This document shows positions 26,521 through 35,361 of a stretch of DNA of 64,000 nucleotides, in pieces. Position 1 is the first letter of the stretch, and each line of letters begins with the position of its first letter. Source of the stretch: a virus. The stretch spans positions 1 to 64,000 of the IMG/VR virus record IMGVR_UViG_3300045741_000623, one strand, 5' to 3'. A model generated the notes under the pieces. It did not search any database and was not told where the DNA came from. It was given only the letters and a program-made list of their open reading frames with translations. The translations under genes were made by a program, and so were the position numbers.

Positions 26521-27459
26521 ATGGCAACAAAGAACGACGGTCTTGATCCTCATCCCATCTCGGAATTATTTCCGCCAATGTCTGACAGCGAGCTCGATGA
26601 ACTCCGGGAAGACATCAAAAATAATGGTCTCATCCATCCCATAGTTACGTTTGAGGACAAGATTCTGGACGGTCGCCACCGATATAAATGTTGCCAAGCA
26701 CTCGGGCTGGAACCACGCCTAGAATTGTATCGCGGCAAGGACCCGATTTCTTACGTTATCTCGGTAAATCTGAAACGCCGACATCTGGACACGTCACAAC
26801 GCTCAATGGTTGCGGCTAAACTTGTTACAACGAATTGGGGAGGGGACAGAAAGGCGTCGAAACAGGATCAAGGCGCAAAAATGCGCCTTGATATTTCGGT
26901 CGAAAAAGCGGCTGAAACCATGAACGTTTCCGAGCGTTCAGTTGATAAGGCAACCGCCGTTTTGAAGTCTTCCAAGAAGCTTGCGAACGAGGTTGCGGTT
27001 GGCAGCAAAAGTCTTAACGCGGCGTTGGAAGAGGCACGGGCAAAAAACAAGGCGAAGGAGCAACAGAACGAGCCGATGTACGACAAGGACGGATGGGAAA
27101 TTCCGTTTAAGATACAGGAGACTTGGTTGCGTGCGGCGGACAAGGCGAAGACGGCGATGACGGCGATTTCGAAGATGCGTAGTCTGTTGAGGGATGACGG
27201 CGAACAGAAAGACCCAGTCTATCGCGAGTTCAGATTTCAGGAGAATATCCTTCGATTGGATGCGATTTATGACGCGTACAAACTCAATGTGTTGCCGAAC
27301 ATCGTTTGCACCAGTTGCCAGGGGAAAGTGCCCGACTCCTGCACGTTCTGTAAGGGGCGCGGTTTCATCAGCGATCAACAGGCTTTTTTCGTGCCGGCTG
27401 AAGTGAAGGAACTTCGTAAAAAGGCGTTGGCCCTCAAAAAGTCGCAAGGTAAAAAATGA
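26521..27459 (+). CDS. ParB N-terminal domain (ParB/Srx-like nuclease) protein with C-terminal zinc motif
   Basis: 312 aa. HPISELFPPMSDSELDELREDIKNNGLIHPIVTFEDKILDGRHRYKCCQALGL (DGRHR box). KRRHLDTSQRSMVAAKL HTH-like region. C-terminal CTSCQGKVPDSCTFCKGRGFI. Confidence 0.75.
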   Translation: MATKNDGLDPHPISELFPPMSDSELDELREDIKNNGLIHPIVTFEDKILDGRHRYKCCQALGLEPRLELYRGKDPISYVISVNLKRRHLDTSQRSMVAAKLVTTNWGGDRKASKQDQGAKMRLDISVEKAAETMNVSERSVDKATAVLKSSKKLANEVAVGSKSLNAALEEARAKNKAKEQQNEPMYDKDGWEIPFKIQETWLRAADKAKTAMTAISKMRSLLRDDGEQKDPVYREFRFQENILRLDAIYDAYKLNVLPNIVCTSCQGKVPDSCTFCKGRGFISDQQAFFVPAEVKELRKKALALKKSQGKK

Positions 27460-29177
27460 TCGAAACGGCGGATCATCTCAGACCGTATCAGGTGAACGGG
27501 GTGGATGCGGTCTTCGAGCAGTGGGACAAGGGCATTCAAGCCACGCTCATCGACCAAGCGACGGGCACGGGAAAGACGGTTGAGATAGCGGAAGTCGTGC
27601 GGCGTGCTCAACCCAAACGCGCACTGATTCTGGCGCACCGGAGAGAATTGGTTTGGCAGGGTCACGAGAAGATCGAGAAATTCACCGGGCTCAACGTTGA
27701 AGTCGAAATGGCCGGCGAACGCGCCTCGGTCAATCTCTTCAGCAAATGTCATGCGGTTGTTTCCTCGGTTCAATCTCAAACCCCGGGCCGGCGGAGCGAT
27801 CCCAACTCATTTGATCTGCTGATTATCGACGAAGCGCATCACGTCAAGCCGGGTAACAAGAGTTATCTGGACGTCATCAATCACTACAAGCAGAACCCGA
27901 ACCTGAAAATTTTGGGCGTGACGGCGACGGTGGAACCGGCGTGTCTGAAGGTCTTCGAAAGCATCGCATATTCGTATCCACTGCTGACGGCGATAAGCGA
28001 AGGTTACCTCGTCAATGTCGAGCAGCAGATGGTAGAAGTCTTCGGCTTGGATTATTCGCACGTCCGAACCACGGCGGGGGATTTGAACGGGGCCGACTTG
28101 GCGGCGGTTGTGGAAAATGAACGCATCTGCCAGGGCATGATTACCGCCACGCTGGAGACGATGTTTGGCGTTCCGAATGGTGCGCTCAACGATTTGCCGA
28201 TTGAAAAATGGTCGGAGTATTTATTCGCGGACGGCAAACCGAAGCGCAACCTGATTTTCACCGTCTCAGTGGCTCAGGCGAAAATGATGTCCGACATTTT
28301 GAATCGCGTGCATCCCGGCATCTCCGCTTGGGTTTGTGGCGATTCGAATCTGGTTTCCGAAGAGCGCCGCGCTGAAATCGGTGAAGACTTCAACAACGGC
28401 AAGCTGCTGATCGTGTGCAATTGCGGCGTCTATTCCGAAGGATACGACAATCCCGGAATTGAAATGGTGACGATGGCGCGTCCGACGAAGAGCAAAACCT
28501 TGTTCACCCAACAAATCGGGCGCGGCACCCGGACGTTGGAAGGAACGATCGACGGATTAAACACAGCGGAGGAACGGTTGGCGGCGATTTCGGCGAGCAC
28601 AAAAAAATCTCTGCTGGTGCTAGATTTCGTTGGTAACTGCGGCAAACACAAGCTGATTAGCGCCGTTGATCTCCTGGGCGACAAGTTCAGCGAAGAAGTT
28701 CGCGAGCGTGCGCGGAAGAAAGTCACCAAAGCGGCGAAGCCCCAAAACATGGCCGAGTTGCTCAAGCTTTCCGAAGAGGAATTGGCAGCGGAAAAGCTGG
28801 AACGCGACCGGCAGGAAGCCGCGCGCAAGGCCAGACTGGTTGCCAAAGCTTCCTACCTCTTGACCTCGCTGGATCCGTTTGAGCGATTGAAGGTGAAACG
28901 GCAGCCGCCGTCGGCGTGGGAAAAGCGGAACGGCTTTGTCTTGAGCGAGAAACAGCGGGCAGTCATTCGCAACCTTGGGGTGTCGCCCGATGAAATTTCC
29001 GTCTCATGCGCTCGCAAACTCATCGGGGCGCATTTCAATGGACCATGCTCGGAAGCACAGGCAAAAGTTTTGAAAAAATTCGGTTACGAAACCAACTGCT
29101 CAAAAAAGGAAGCGAGCGCCATCATTGAGGCGCTGGCAAAAAACAACTGGCAACGACCAGTCGAACAACCCGCATGA
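27456..29177 (+). CDS. SF2 DEAD/DEAH-box helicase (type III restriction res-subunit-like)
   Basis: 573 aa. Motif I DQATGTGKT, motif II LLIIDEAHHV, motif III GVTATV, motif VI QQIGRGTR. ATGA overlap with the ParB-like gene. Confidence 0.85.
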   Translation: MIETADHLRPYQVNGVDAVFEQWDKGIQATLIDQATGTGKTVEIAEVVRRAQPKRALILAHRRELVWQGHEKIEKFTGLNVEVEMAGERASVNLFSKCHAVVSSVQSQTPGRRSDPNSFDLLIIDEAHHVKPGNKSYLDVINHYKQNPNLKILGVTATVEPACLKVFESIAYSYPLLTAISEGYLVNVEQQMVEVFGLDYSHVRTTAGDLNGADLAAVVENERICQGMITATLETMFGVPNGALNDLPIEKWSEYLFADGKPKRNLIFTVSVAQAKMMSDILNRVHPGISAWVCGDSNLVSEERRAEIGEDFNNGKLLIVCNCGVYSEGYDNPGIEMVTMARPTKSKTLFTQQIGRGTRTLEGTIDGLNTAEERLAAISASTKKSLLVLDFVGNCGKHKLISAVDLLGDKFSEEVRERARKKVTKAAKPQNMAELLKLSEEELAAEKLERDRQEAARKARLVAKASYLLTSLDPFERLKVKRQPPSAWEKRNGFVLSEKQRAVIRNLGVSPDEISVSCARKLIGAHFNGPCSEAQAKVLKKFGYETNCSKKEASAIIEALAKNNWQRPVEQPA

Positions 29178-29356
29178 TTACCCCGAATGTTGAACAACTG
29201 GAGGCGCACTGGCGCGATTTCCAGACCCTCTGGAACAACGTGTATCTTCCCGCCTTGCGGGAGAGTGTGCCGAGCCTCACGGAAAACGACGTGCTCAGCT
29301 ACAAAATGACCGCTTGGCGCTCGCATTTGATCGCAGAGCTTTCCGCGAATTGTTGA
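29174..29356 (+). CDS. hypothetical protein
   Basis: 60-aa ORF with an ATGA overlap with the helicase stop. No motif recognised. Confidence 0.45.
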   Translation: MITPNVEQLEAHWRDFQTLWNNVYLPALRESVPSLTENDVLSYKMTAWRSHLIAELSANC

Positions 29357-29363
29357 TCCGACC

Positions 29364-30245
29364 ATGAAATGGTTTCGCGTCAGCAAGAAGCAACCGTGCC
29401 CGATCTGTAACCACGGAGATTGGTGCGGTTTTTCGCCGGAATCCAACTTGATTATCTGCATGCGCGTGGCGAGCGATCGACGGAGCACCAACGGCGGTTA
29501 TCTTCATCGCTTGGATGGCGCGAAGCAACTCCGCTGCGAACCGAAACCGGAGCCAGTTGTCAGCATCGACGCCGAACGATTGGCGGTGACGTGGTACAGT
29601 TCAACTCGCCCCTCTGAATTCAAGCAACTTGGCGATAGCCTGGGTGTCGGCGAGAGTGCCTTGCAAATGCTTCGCTGCGGATGGGCGGCTGAACATCAGG
29701 CTTGGGCGTTTCCGATGCGCAACGGCGCGGGCGCGATCGTCGGGATCCGGCTGCGGGCTGGCAACGGGAAAAAATGGAGTGTTCGAGGTGGTCACGAAGG
29801 AGTTTTCCAGCCGTACTGCAATCCGCAAAAAACCGTTTACTGCCCGGAAGGACCGACTGACACCGCCGCGCTGTTGTCCATCGGCAAGTACGCGATTGGC
29901 CGGCCCTCCTGCATGAGCGGAATCAGCCAACTTTCCGCCGCCATCGCCCGGATGTCGATCCAACGCGCGGTCATCGTCGCCGACAACGACGAAGACAAAT
30001 TCCTTCCAGACGGAAAGCGCTGGAATCCCGGATGCGACGGCGCGCAACGACTCGCCAATGACATCGGGGTACCATGCTGCGTCCTTGTTCTGCCGGCCAA
30101 AGATTGTCGCGAAGCACTTCAACTCGGAATGACCGGACCCGTACTAGACTCACTCACCAACGCCCTAGTCTGGAAGCAACCAAAGACCAACGAAGCAACA
30201 AGTCACTCAGCCAAGATGACTTACTCTCACCACGCAACAACGTGA
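29364..30245 (+). CDS. Toprim-domain primase-like protein with N-terminal zinc motif
   Basis: 293 aa. N-terminal KKQPCPICNHGDWCGF...ICMR Cys/His cluster. Toprim Glu in VYCPEGPTDTAALL and DxD in AVIVADNDEDK. Confidence 0.6.
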   Translation: MKWFRVSKKQPCPICNHGDWCGFSPESNLIICMRVASDRRSTNGGYLHRLDGAKQLRCEPKPEPVVSIDAERLAVTWYSSTRPSEFKQLGDSLGVGESALQMLRCGWAAEHQAWAFPMRNGAGAIVGIRLRAGNGKKWSVRGGHEGVFQPYCNPQKTVYCPEGPTDTAALLSIGKYAIGRPSCMSGISQLSAAIARMSIQRAVIVADNDEDKFLPDGKRWNPGCDGAQRLANDIGVPCCVLVLPAKDCREALQLGMTGPVLDSLTNALVWKQPKTNEATSHSAKMTYSHHATT

Positions 30246-30254
30246 CAGTACTTT

Positions 30255-30605
30255 ATGAACGCGGAAAAAGTTTGTCAAGCAAATTCGGTCAGAGACGCAA
30301 AATTTTATTTGCAACGCGGCTACCGTTGGATGGACGAAGATGAAGTGGAAGCGGCGTGTCAACTGGTTCGGATGACTTGGGCGGAAGGAACGATTGAATT
30401 ACGGTTTATCAAGCGGATCAAACGGCTTTTGGACCTTGAGCCGCCAGTGATTACCGACCGATTGGCGGGCGGGATATGGCTTTTGCAATATCGGAACCGA
30501 CCGGTAATTGCGAGTCGTTGGAAGCAGCCGAAGAAATGGTGGCCAATGGTCCAGTTACGAATGAATCCGAATTGGCGTAAAAGCTCTACAAGAAGAAAAC
30601 AATGA
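30255..30605 (+). CDS. hypothetical protein
   Basis: 116-aa ORF with an ATGA overlap with the downstream Pol X gene. No motif recognised. Confidence 0.5.
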   Translation: MNAEKVCQANSVRDAKFYLQRGYRWMDEDEVEAACQLVRMTWAEGTIELRFIKRIKRLLDLEPPVITDRLAGGIWLLQYRNRPVIASRWKQPKKWWPMVQLRMNPNWRKSSTRRKQ

Positions 30606-31168
30606 GTGGCAAAACCAAGTTCCCATGGTCAGCCGCGAAAACCGTTGCTGAAGAACTGTGGTCCGAGTTGAAACACGTCTCCGAACCGAATCGTTGCCTC
30701 GTTGTCGGCTCTTTGCGCCGGCTGAAGCCGGAAGTCGGCGACATCGAAATCCTTTATGTGCCGATTTTCAAGCTGGGCACCGACGACCTTTTTACGCCCA
30801 GCATTCATAACATGGCGAATGCGCTGTTGGACAAATGGTTGGACTCGGGGCGACTCGTCAAACGTCCGAATGCAAGTGGCCACACGGCTTGGGGCGAACA
30901 CAACAAGTACGCCGTCCACGTCGCGAGCGGCATTCCGGTCGATTTCTTTGCAACGACCATTCCGAAGTGGTTTGTAAGTCTGGTGATTCGGACGGGTCCG
31001 AAGGAGTTGAACATCAGACTGTGCGAAGGCGCGCAAAAGCTCGGGGCGACTCTGAACCCTTACGGCGAAGGAATTGTGACGCATGCTGGCGGAGTTATTC
31101 GGGCCACGTCGGAGGAACATCTTTTCCAACTGTGCGGCGTGTCGTATGCGCAGCCAAGCAAGCGATGA
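30602..31168 (+). CDS. minimal family X DNA polymerase / nucleotidyltransferase (palm + thumb only)
   Basis: 188 aa. VVGSLRRLKPEVGDIEILYVP matches the Pol X GS-x-RRGK...GD-x-D-hh motif, but as D-x-E. Third carboxylate candidate in GIPVDFFATT. Thumb-like TGPKELNIRLCEGAQKLGATLNPYG. Pol X-type C-terminus EEHLFQLCGVSYAQPSKR. Confidence 0.75.
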   Translation: MSGKTKFPWSAAKTVAEELWSELKHVSEPNRCLVVGSLRRLKPEVGDIEILYVPIFKLGTDDLFTPSIHNMANALLDKWLDSGRLVKRPNASGHTAWGEHNKYAVHVASGIPVDFFATTIPKWFVSLVIRTGPKELNIRLCEGAQKLGATLNPYGEGIVTHAGGVIRATSEEHLFQLCGVSYAQPSKR

Positions 31169-31671
31169 TCGACACCACGTTTCAGCGTGTTCAATTGACG
31201 CCGGCTGAGGTTGCGTTTGCCCTGGCCATAGCGACGCAACGGGATGCGTGCAAAAAACCTGAACTGCGCGATTTTCGCCGGTCCAAAACGCATACTGGTT
31301 TCGGCGTGAATTTTGCCGGGTTGATTGGTGAAATGTGCGTGCGCCGAATCTATGGCGGCAAGATTGACCAGACGATCCGGCCCGCCGGGGACAATCACGC
31401 CGCCGACTTGCGCATGGCGGATGGGAAAAGGGTTGAGGTTAAAACCACTCTTTTTTCCGGCGACGCGGCTGACCTGAAATTTGAGCCGGGCGAAGTTGAC
31501 CGATTCGATTATTGTTGTTTCGTGAAAGTCGTTCTACCCGATCTCGGCTACGTTTACCCGATCTGGTCGAGTGAAGAACTGAAACCACTGTTCGAAATGA
31601 AAAATTACGGCAACGGTGAAATGTATATTTTCAATCCTTTTCGATACGCGATGGAGTTCGCCAAGGCATGA
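31165..31671 (+). CDS. hypothetical protein, PD-(D/E)xK nuclease-like
   Basis: The ORF track starts at 30835, inside the Pol X gene in another frame. The ATG at 31165 gives an ATGA overlap. AADLRMADGKRVEVKTT has a D...E-x-K arrangement typical of restriction-endonuclease-fold proteins. Weak assignment. Confidence 0.4.
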   Translation: MIDTTFQRVQLTPAEVAFALAIATQRDACKKPELRDFRRSKTHTGFGVNFAGLIGEMCVRRIYGGKIDQTIRPAGDNHAADLRMADGKRVEVKTTLFSGDAADLKFEPGEVDRFDYCCFVKVVLPDLGYVYPIWSSEELKPLFEMKNYGNGEMYIFNPFRYAMEFAKA

Positions 31672-32075
31672 AGGGGTTCGACATAACTTGGCTGATGAGT
31701 CATTACGCGAAGGAGAAAGCGAAACGACCTGCGCCTAATCCGCAATTTATCGAGGCGAAAAAGGAGACTGGCCATGAAGGTTTGCAACAACAAATCAAGG
31801 ACTGGTGCGACGCCCAGTGGCCGCATTGGGTTTACGATTTTCCGAGAACCGACCTAAAATCCACGCTGCCCGAGGGACGGCACGACGCGACTGTCTGGGG
31901 GCCGTATCCGCTCGTCTTTTGCATTGAAACCAAGGCGAAAGGGAAGAAACAGCGCCCCGAACAACTGATATGGCAAACCCGGATGCGGGCGCTGGGTTGG
32001 ACGGTTTTTGTGATATATTCACTTGACGAGTTTTTGAGTTTAGTGCAAGCTGGAACGCGAAAGTTAACCGAATGA
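31668..32075 (+). CDS. VRR-NUC domain nuclease
   Basis: 135 aa. GRHDATVWGPYPLVFCIETKAKGKKQRPEQLIWQTRMRALGWTVFVIYSLDEF fits the VRR-NUC D...E-x-K...Q..W...G pattern. Confidence 0.7.
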   Translation: MKGFDITWLMSHYAKEKAKRPAPNPQFIEAKKETGHEGLQQQIKDWCDAQWPHWVYDFPRTDLKSTLPEGRHDATVWGPYPLVFCIETKAKGKKQRPEQLIWQTRMRALGWTVFVIYSLDEFLSLVQAGTRKLTE

Positions 32076-32257
32076 GCATGATCGAACCCATGATCCGAAA
32101 AAGAGCCTTGGAATTGTTCAAAGTTCACCAAACGATCCAGCTTCAGACGATCGAGGAAATAATGATTGAGGGGGCTAAGATCGCGGTCGAGAGAACCACC
32201 GCGAGGTTATGCCAAGAACGGGAAAGCCTGGTTGAACAGCATCAGCTTTCGAGATGA
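32072..32257 (+). CDS. hypothetical protein
   Basis: 61-aa ORF with an ATGA overlap with the upstream stop. Confidence 0.45.
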   Translation: MSMIEPMIRKRALELFKVHQTIQLQTIEEIMIEGAKIAVERTTARLCQERESLVEQHQLSR

Positions 32258-32264
32258 AAACCCC

Positions 32265-32552
32265 ATGACGCGCCAGCGTGCCTATCAACTCCGACGAATC
32301 AAGCAAGGGCTTTGCTCGGTTTGCGGTCGCGCGCCATTATTCAGCAGTGTGCTCTGTCTTCGGTGCCTGAAGAAAAACCGCGCGCGCAGTTTGATTTGGA
32401 TGCGGAAGAATGTGTACGGAATTCCTGTCAAGAGCCCTCCGCGCCGGACGGGACGATTGACCACGGAACGCAAGTTAGCCTTGCGAAGAGCGCTTGTGAA
32501 AAGGTTGGCAAAGCGTAAGTTCGGAGCAAGTAAAGTGCGCCGGCATGATTGA
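32265..32552 (+). CDS. hypothetical zinc-ribbon protein
   Basis: The in-frame ATG at 32265 follows the upstream stop. The 32166 start would overlap 92 nt. GLCSVCGRAPLFSSVLCLRCLKKNR four-Cys pattern. Very basic. Confidence 0.5.
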   Translation: MTRQRAYQLRRIKQGLCSVCGRAPLFSSVLCLRCLKKNRARSLIWMRKNVYGIPVKSPPRRTGRLTTERKLALRRALVKRLAKRKFGASKVRRHD

Positions 32553-32847
32553 GTACACAACCCAAGTTGCGAAGTCGCTCGCCGAATCAAGAGCTTTGAG
32601 TTCGAGCTTGGCGCATCCACCCCTGGCAACCGCCAGCGAATCGGCGCTAAATTCGGTCGCGACATCGGCAGCTTACGCCGCATCGGTTGCGGACAGTAAA
32701 GCGACGGCGGGGGTTGGCGGCGGCGCGTTATCGTCGCTTTCGGACGTTCAAATAGTGGGCGTGACAGACGGTGAGCTTCTGGCTTACGACGCTGGCATCG
32801 GCAAATGGGTAAACGGGGCCGTTATTGCGTTAGACGGACCATTCTGA
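32545..32847 (+). CDS. tail-fibre-associated protein candidate
   Basis: 100 aa. Ala/Ser-rich N-terminus, then LSSLSDVQIVGVTDGELLAYDAGIGKWVNG, a motif type common at tail-fibre N-termini. Immediately upstream of the fibre gene. Confidence 0.45.
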   Translation: MIEYTTQVAKSLAESRALSSSLAHPPLATASESALNSVATSAAYAASVADSKATAGVGGGALSSLSDVQIVGVTDGELLAYDAGIGKWVNGAVIALDGPF

Positions 32848-32851
32848 GGTT

Positions 32852-34564
32852 ATGGGACTGCGCTTTCAATTTTTCAACCGGACAGACGCGGAATGGCAGG
32901 CGGCAAATCCGACCCTGCTGCTCGGCGAGCTTGGCATTGAGTCTAACACGAGCCTTTTCAAGATCGGCGATGGATCGACCCCGTGGAATTCGCTGGCATA
33001 CGGCGGATTTCAAGGCGCACAAGGCAGCCAACTACAGGGACCGCAGGGCGTGCAGGGCGAACCTTCCACCGTTCAAGGGCCGCAAGGACCACAGGGCAGT
33101 CAACTTCAAGGTGCGCAAGGCGTTCAGGGCCCGCAAGGAAGTCAGTTGCAAGGTTCGCAGGGTGTTCAGGGACAACCGAGCACCGTTCAAGGACCACAGG
33201 GCCCGCAGGGCAGCCAATTGCAAGGCGCTCAGGGTGTGCAGGGGCCGCAAGGTTCTCAATTACAGGGCGCTCAAGGGGTTCAGGGCCCGCAAGGATCGCA
33301 ATTGCAAGGCGCCCAGGGTGTACAAGGTCAACCGAGCAATGTTCAAGGTCCACAAGGACCACAGGGCAGCCAATTGCAGGGGTCGCAAGGTGTTCAAGGA
33401 TCCCAAGGGAGTCAACTTCAGGGCGCTCAAGGCGTACAGGGTCAACCTTCGAACGTGCAGGGACCGCAGGGAGCGCAAGGAAGCCAATTGCAGGGAGCGC
33501 AAGGCGCTCAAGGGTCGCAGCTTCAAGGTGCGCAAGGTGTCCAAGGTCCCCAATCTGGACTTCAAGGAGTTCAAGGCGATCAGGGCAGCCAATTGCAAGG
33601 TGCGCAGGGCGTCCAAGGTCCGCAGGGCTCGCAGCTTCAGGGCGCACAGGGTGTTCAAGGTCAACCGAGTAATGTCGTAGGACCGCAAGGTCCGCAAGGC
33701 AGCCAACTTCAAGGTGCTCAGGGTGTTCAAGGGCCACAGGGGTCTCAACTTCAAGGTGCGCAAGGCGTCCAAGGTCCCCAATCTGGACTTCAAGGAGTTC
33801 AAGGCGCTCAGGGCAGCCAATTGCAAGGTGCGCAAGGGGTGCAGGGATCGCAGGGCTCGCAGCTTCAGGGCGCACAGGGTGTTCAGGGTGCGCAAGGAAG
33901 CCAACTGCAAGGTTCTCAAGGTGTACAAGGCGTGCCCGGAACGTTGCAAGGTCCGCAAGGTGTTCAAGGCGCTCAAGGTTCTCAACTCCAAGGGGCACAA
34001 GGGGTGCAAGGCACGCCGGGCACCGTTCAAGGTCCACAAGGAGCTCAAGGGTCTCAACTTCAGGGCGCGCAAGGCGTACAAGGATCCCAAGGATCGCAAG
34101 GGGCTCAAGGTGCGCAAGGCACGGTGACGCGAATGGGTTATCAGACTGGCGGAGCACAAAACTACGCTGGCGCTCAAGGCATGCAACAGATTGGCGGGCT
34201 AAAGCTGACTTCCACTGGTGCAGGGACGTTTTACTACGAAGCCATGCTGTCGTTTACTGTGGGCGCGGTAGCTACCGGATGCCAATTCGGAGTACAGCAT
34301 ACAGGATCGGGTGTATCAATGGACGGCCAGATCGCGGGTGGCGCCTCGCGCACGGTATGGGTTAACGGTCGCCAAACCACTTTGCTTTCCGGCGCGGGCT
34401 GTCAGGCTTTGGGAGCGTCATCTGGTGTTACCTGCACCGCTATCCTGGGCGGACAAGTCATTGCTGGTGGTGATGGTGACTTCTGCATTGTCGCGACCAA
34501 GATTACCGATTCAACCTTAGCCGTGAACCCCGGTAGTTGGGTGCGACTCCAAAAGGTAGCATGA
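32852..34564 (+). CDS. tail fibre with Mtd-N-like N-terminus, ~370-aa interrupted collagen-like (G-x-Q) region and globular C-terminal domain
   Basis: 570 aa. The N-terminus FFNRTDAEWQAANPTLLLGELGIESNTSLFKIGDGSTPWNSLAY matches the tail-fibre/major-tropism-determinant N-terminal motif (W...NP.L..GE.g.E.dt...KiGDG.t.Wn.L.Y). A long QG-x-QG-x tract follows. The last ~145 aa are Gly/Thr/Val-rich and beta-type. Confidence 0.8.
   Translation: MGLRFQFFNRTDAEWQAANPTLLLGELGIESNTSLFKIGDGSTPWNSLAYGGFQGAQGSQLQGPQGVQGEPSTVQGPQGPQGSQLQGAQGVQGPQGSQLQGSQGVQGQPSTVQGPQGPQGSQLQGAQGVQGPQGSQLQGAQGVQGPQGSQLQGAQGVQGQPSNVQGPQGPQGSQLQGSQGVQGSQGSQLQGAQGVQGQPSNVQGPQGAQGSQLQGAQGAQGSQLQGAQGVQGPQSGLQGVQGDQGSQLQGAQGVQGPQGSQLQGAQGVQGQPSNVVGPQGPQGSQLQGAQGVQGPQGSQLQGAQGVQGPQSGLQGVQGAQGSQLQGAQGVQGSQGSQLQGAQGVQGAQGSQLQGSQGVQGVPGTLQGPQGVQGAQGSQLQGAQGVQGTPGTVQGPQGAQGSQLQGAQGVQGSQGSQGAQGAQGTVTRMGYQTGGAQNYAGAQGMQQIGGLKLTSTGAGTFYYEAMLSFTVGAVATGCQFGVQHTGSGVSMDGQIAGGASRTVWVNGRQTTLLSGAGCQALGASSGVTCTAILGGQVIAGGDGDFCIVATKITDSTLAVNPGSWVRLQKVA
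33011..34120 (+). repeat. tandem, degenerate ~42-nt (14-codon) coding repeats of the collagen-like tract
   Basis: Basic unit QGAQGVQGPQGSQL. About 19 GSQLQG punctuations, and longer variants carrying QPS(T/N)V or PQSGL / PGT(L/V). The lack of stops in this array creates long shadow ORFs in other frames on both strands. Confidence 0.85.
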
Positions 34565-35109
34565 TCCCGAGACTTCATCTTTTGATGCCGTGCGCATATC
34601 CCGACCGGCTGAATGCAATCCTGCCGAGCTACACAACGGCGATGGAAAAGCACGGGTGGGAATTGCGGGTTCATCTGCTCATCCAAGGCCCGGACCCGGA
34701 CCCGAAAGGCATCCTGAAGGTGAACGAGGCGCTGGACGAAATTCGCGGCTATGGCGGTTGGTTTATGACGCCATCCGACGACACGATTCAGCATCCCGCT
34801 TTGTTCCGCCGGCTCTTCGAGGAACTGGAAAAGAATCCTGATGCGGTGGCTATGGTCGTTGGGCAGGAACGCCGCGACGGGCTTGGCAATCTTTGGGCTT
34901 CACCGGACCAAGTTCGTATCGGGCGAATTGACGGCTGCCAAGTGTGCTGGAATCGCGATTGGATCAGGAGCGAGCGGTATGAGTGGGAAAAGTTTGGCTG
35001 TTACTGCGATGGCGAATTTGCGGTGCGAATGTTCGCGCGTGCGCCGCAACGATTCGTTTTCATCAACGAGATGTTGACGCGACACAACAGTTTGCAATGG
35101 CAAATTTGA
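34561..35109 (+). CDS. hypothetical protein, small GT-A-like glycosyltransferase candidate
   Basis: The ATG at 34561 gives an ATGA overlap with the fibre stop; the 34537 start is rejected. MIPRLHLLMPCAYPDRLNAILPS... and FMTPSDDTIQHP (DxD-like). Weak assignment. Confidence 0.35.
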   Translation: MIPRLHLLMPCAYPDRLNAILPSYTTAMEKHGWELRVHLLIQGPDPDPKGILKVNEALDEIRGYGGWFMTPSDDTIQHPALFRRLFEELEKNPDAVAMVVGQERRDGLGNLWASPDQVRIGRIDGCQVCWNRDWIRSERYEWEKFGCYCDGEFAVRMFARAPQRFVFINEMLTRHNSLQWQI

Positions 35110-35112
35110 ATT

Positions 35113-35361
35113 ATGAAATACCGAAAGAAACCCGTGGTAATCGAAGCCGAACAATGGAAAGGCGACAACCTCAACGATGACAACTCACTGTTCCAATCGC
35201 CGGAAGTCCTCATCGCATCGGACGGCTCAGAGTTCATGGTGAGCACGCTCGAAGGCACAATGACCGGCCAGAAAGGTGACTGGCTGATTCGAGGCGTGAA
35301 GGGTGAACTGTATCCATGCAAACCGGACATCTTCGCCGCGACCTACGAAGCTGTTGAATGA
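35113..35361 (+). CDS. PGDYG-like small phage protein
   Basis: 82 aa. YRKKPVVIEAEQW ... TLEGTMTGQKGDWLIRGVKGELYPCKPDIFAATYE matches the common phage module KKPV.veA.q....T.eG.....GDy.i.G..GE.YpcK.diF..tYe. Confidence 0.5.
   Translation: MKYRKKPVVIEAEQWKGDNLNDDNSLFQSPEVLIASDGSEFMVSTLEGTMTGQKGDWLIRGVKGELYPCKPDIFAATYEAVE

Noticed and set aside
26219-26578. 119-aa minus-strand ORF in the divergent intergenic region, overlapping the ParB-like gene start.
   Set aside because: It spans the ~300-nt promoter/operator region between two divergent blocks and overlaps the 26521 start. It has no motifs and a poor sequence character.
33011-34120. Regular ~42-nt repeats might suggest a CRISPR array.
   Set aside because: There is no alternation of conserved repeats with unique spacers. 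The units are contiguous, degenerate and in-frame coding (G-x-Q triplets) inside a clear tail-fibre ORF.
32805-34186. Long ORFs in other frames and on the opposite strand across the fibre repeat region (32805-33680 +, 32983-33672 +, 33714-34127 +, 32958-34157 -, 33260-34186 -, 33032-33259 -).
   Set aside because: They are shadows of the stop-free 42-nt Gly-x-Gln coding repeats. Their translations are Arg/Lys/Leu-rich periodic nonsense. They lack plausible starts and junctions, whereas the 32852-34564 frame has recognisable N- and C-terminal domains.
32852-34564. Diversity-generating retroelement, suggested by the Mtd-like N-terminal motif of the fibre.
   Set aside because: I found no reverse-transcriptase-like ORF in the window. 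I also found no second copy (template repeat) of the fibre 3' end. The Mtd-N-type motif is common in ordinary fibres.
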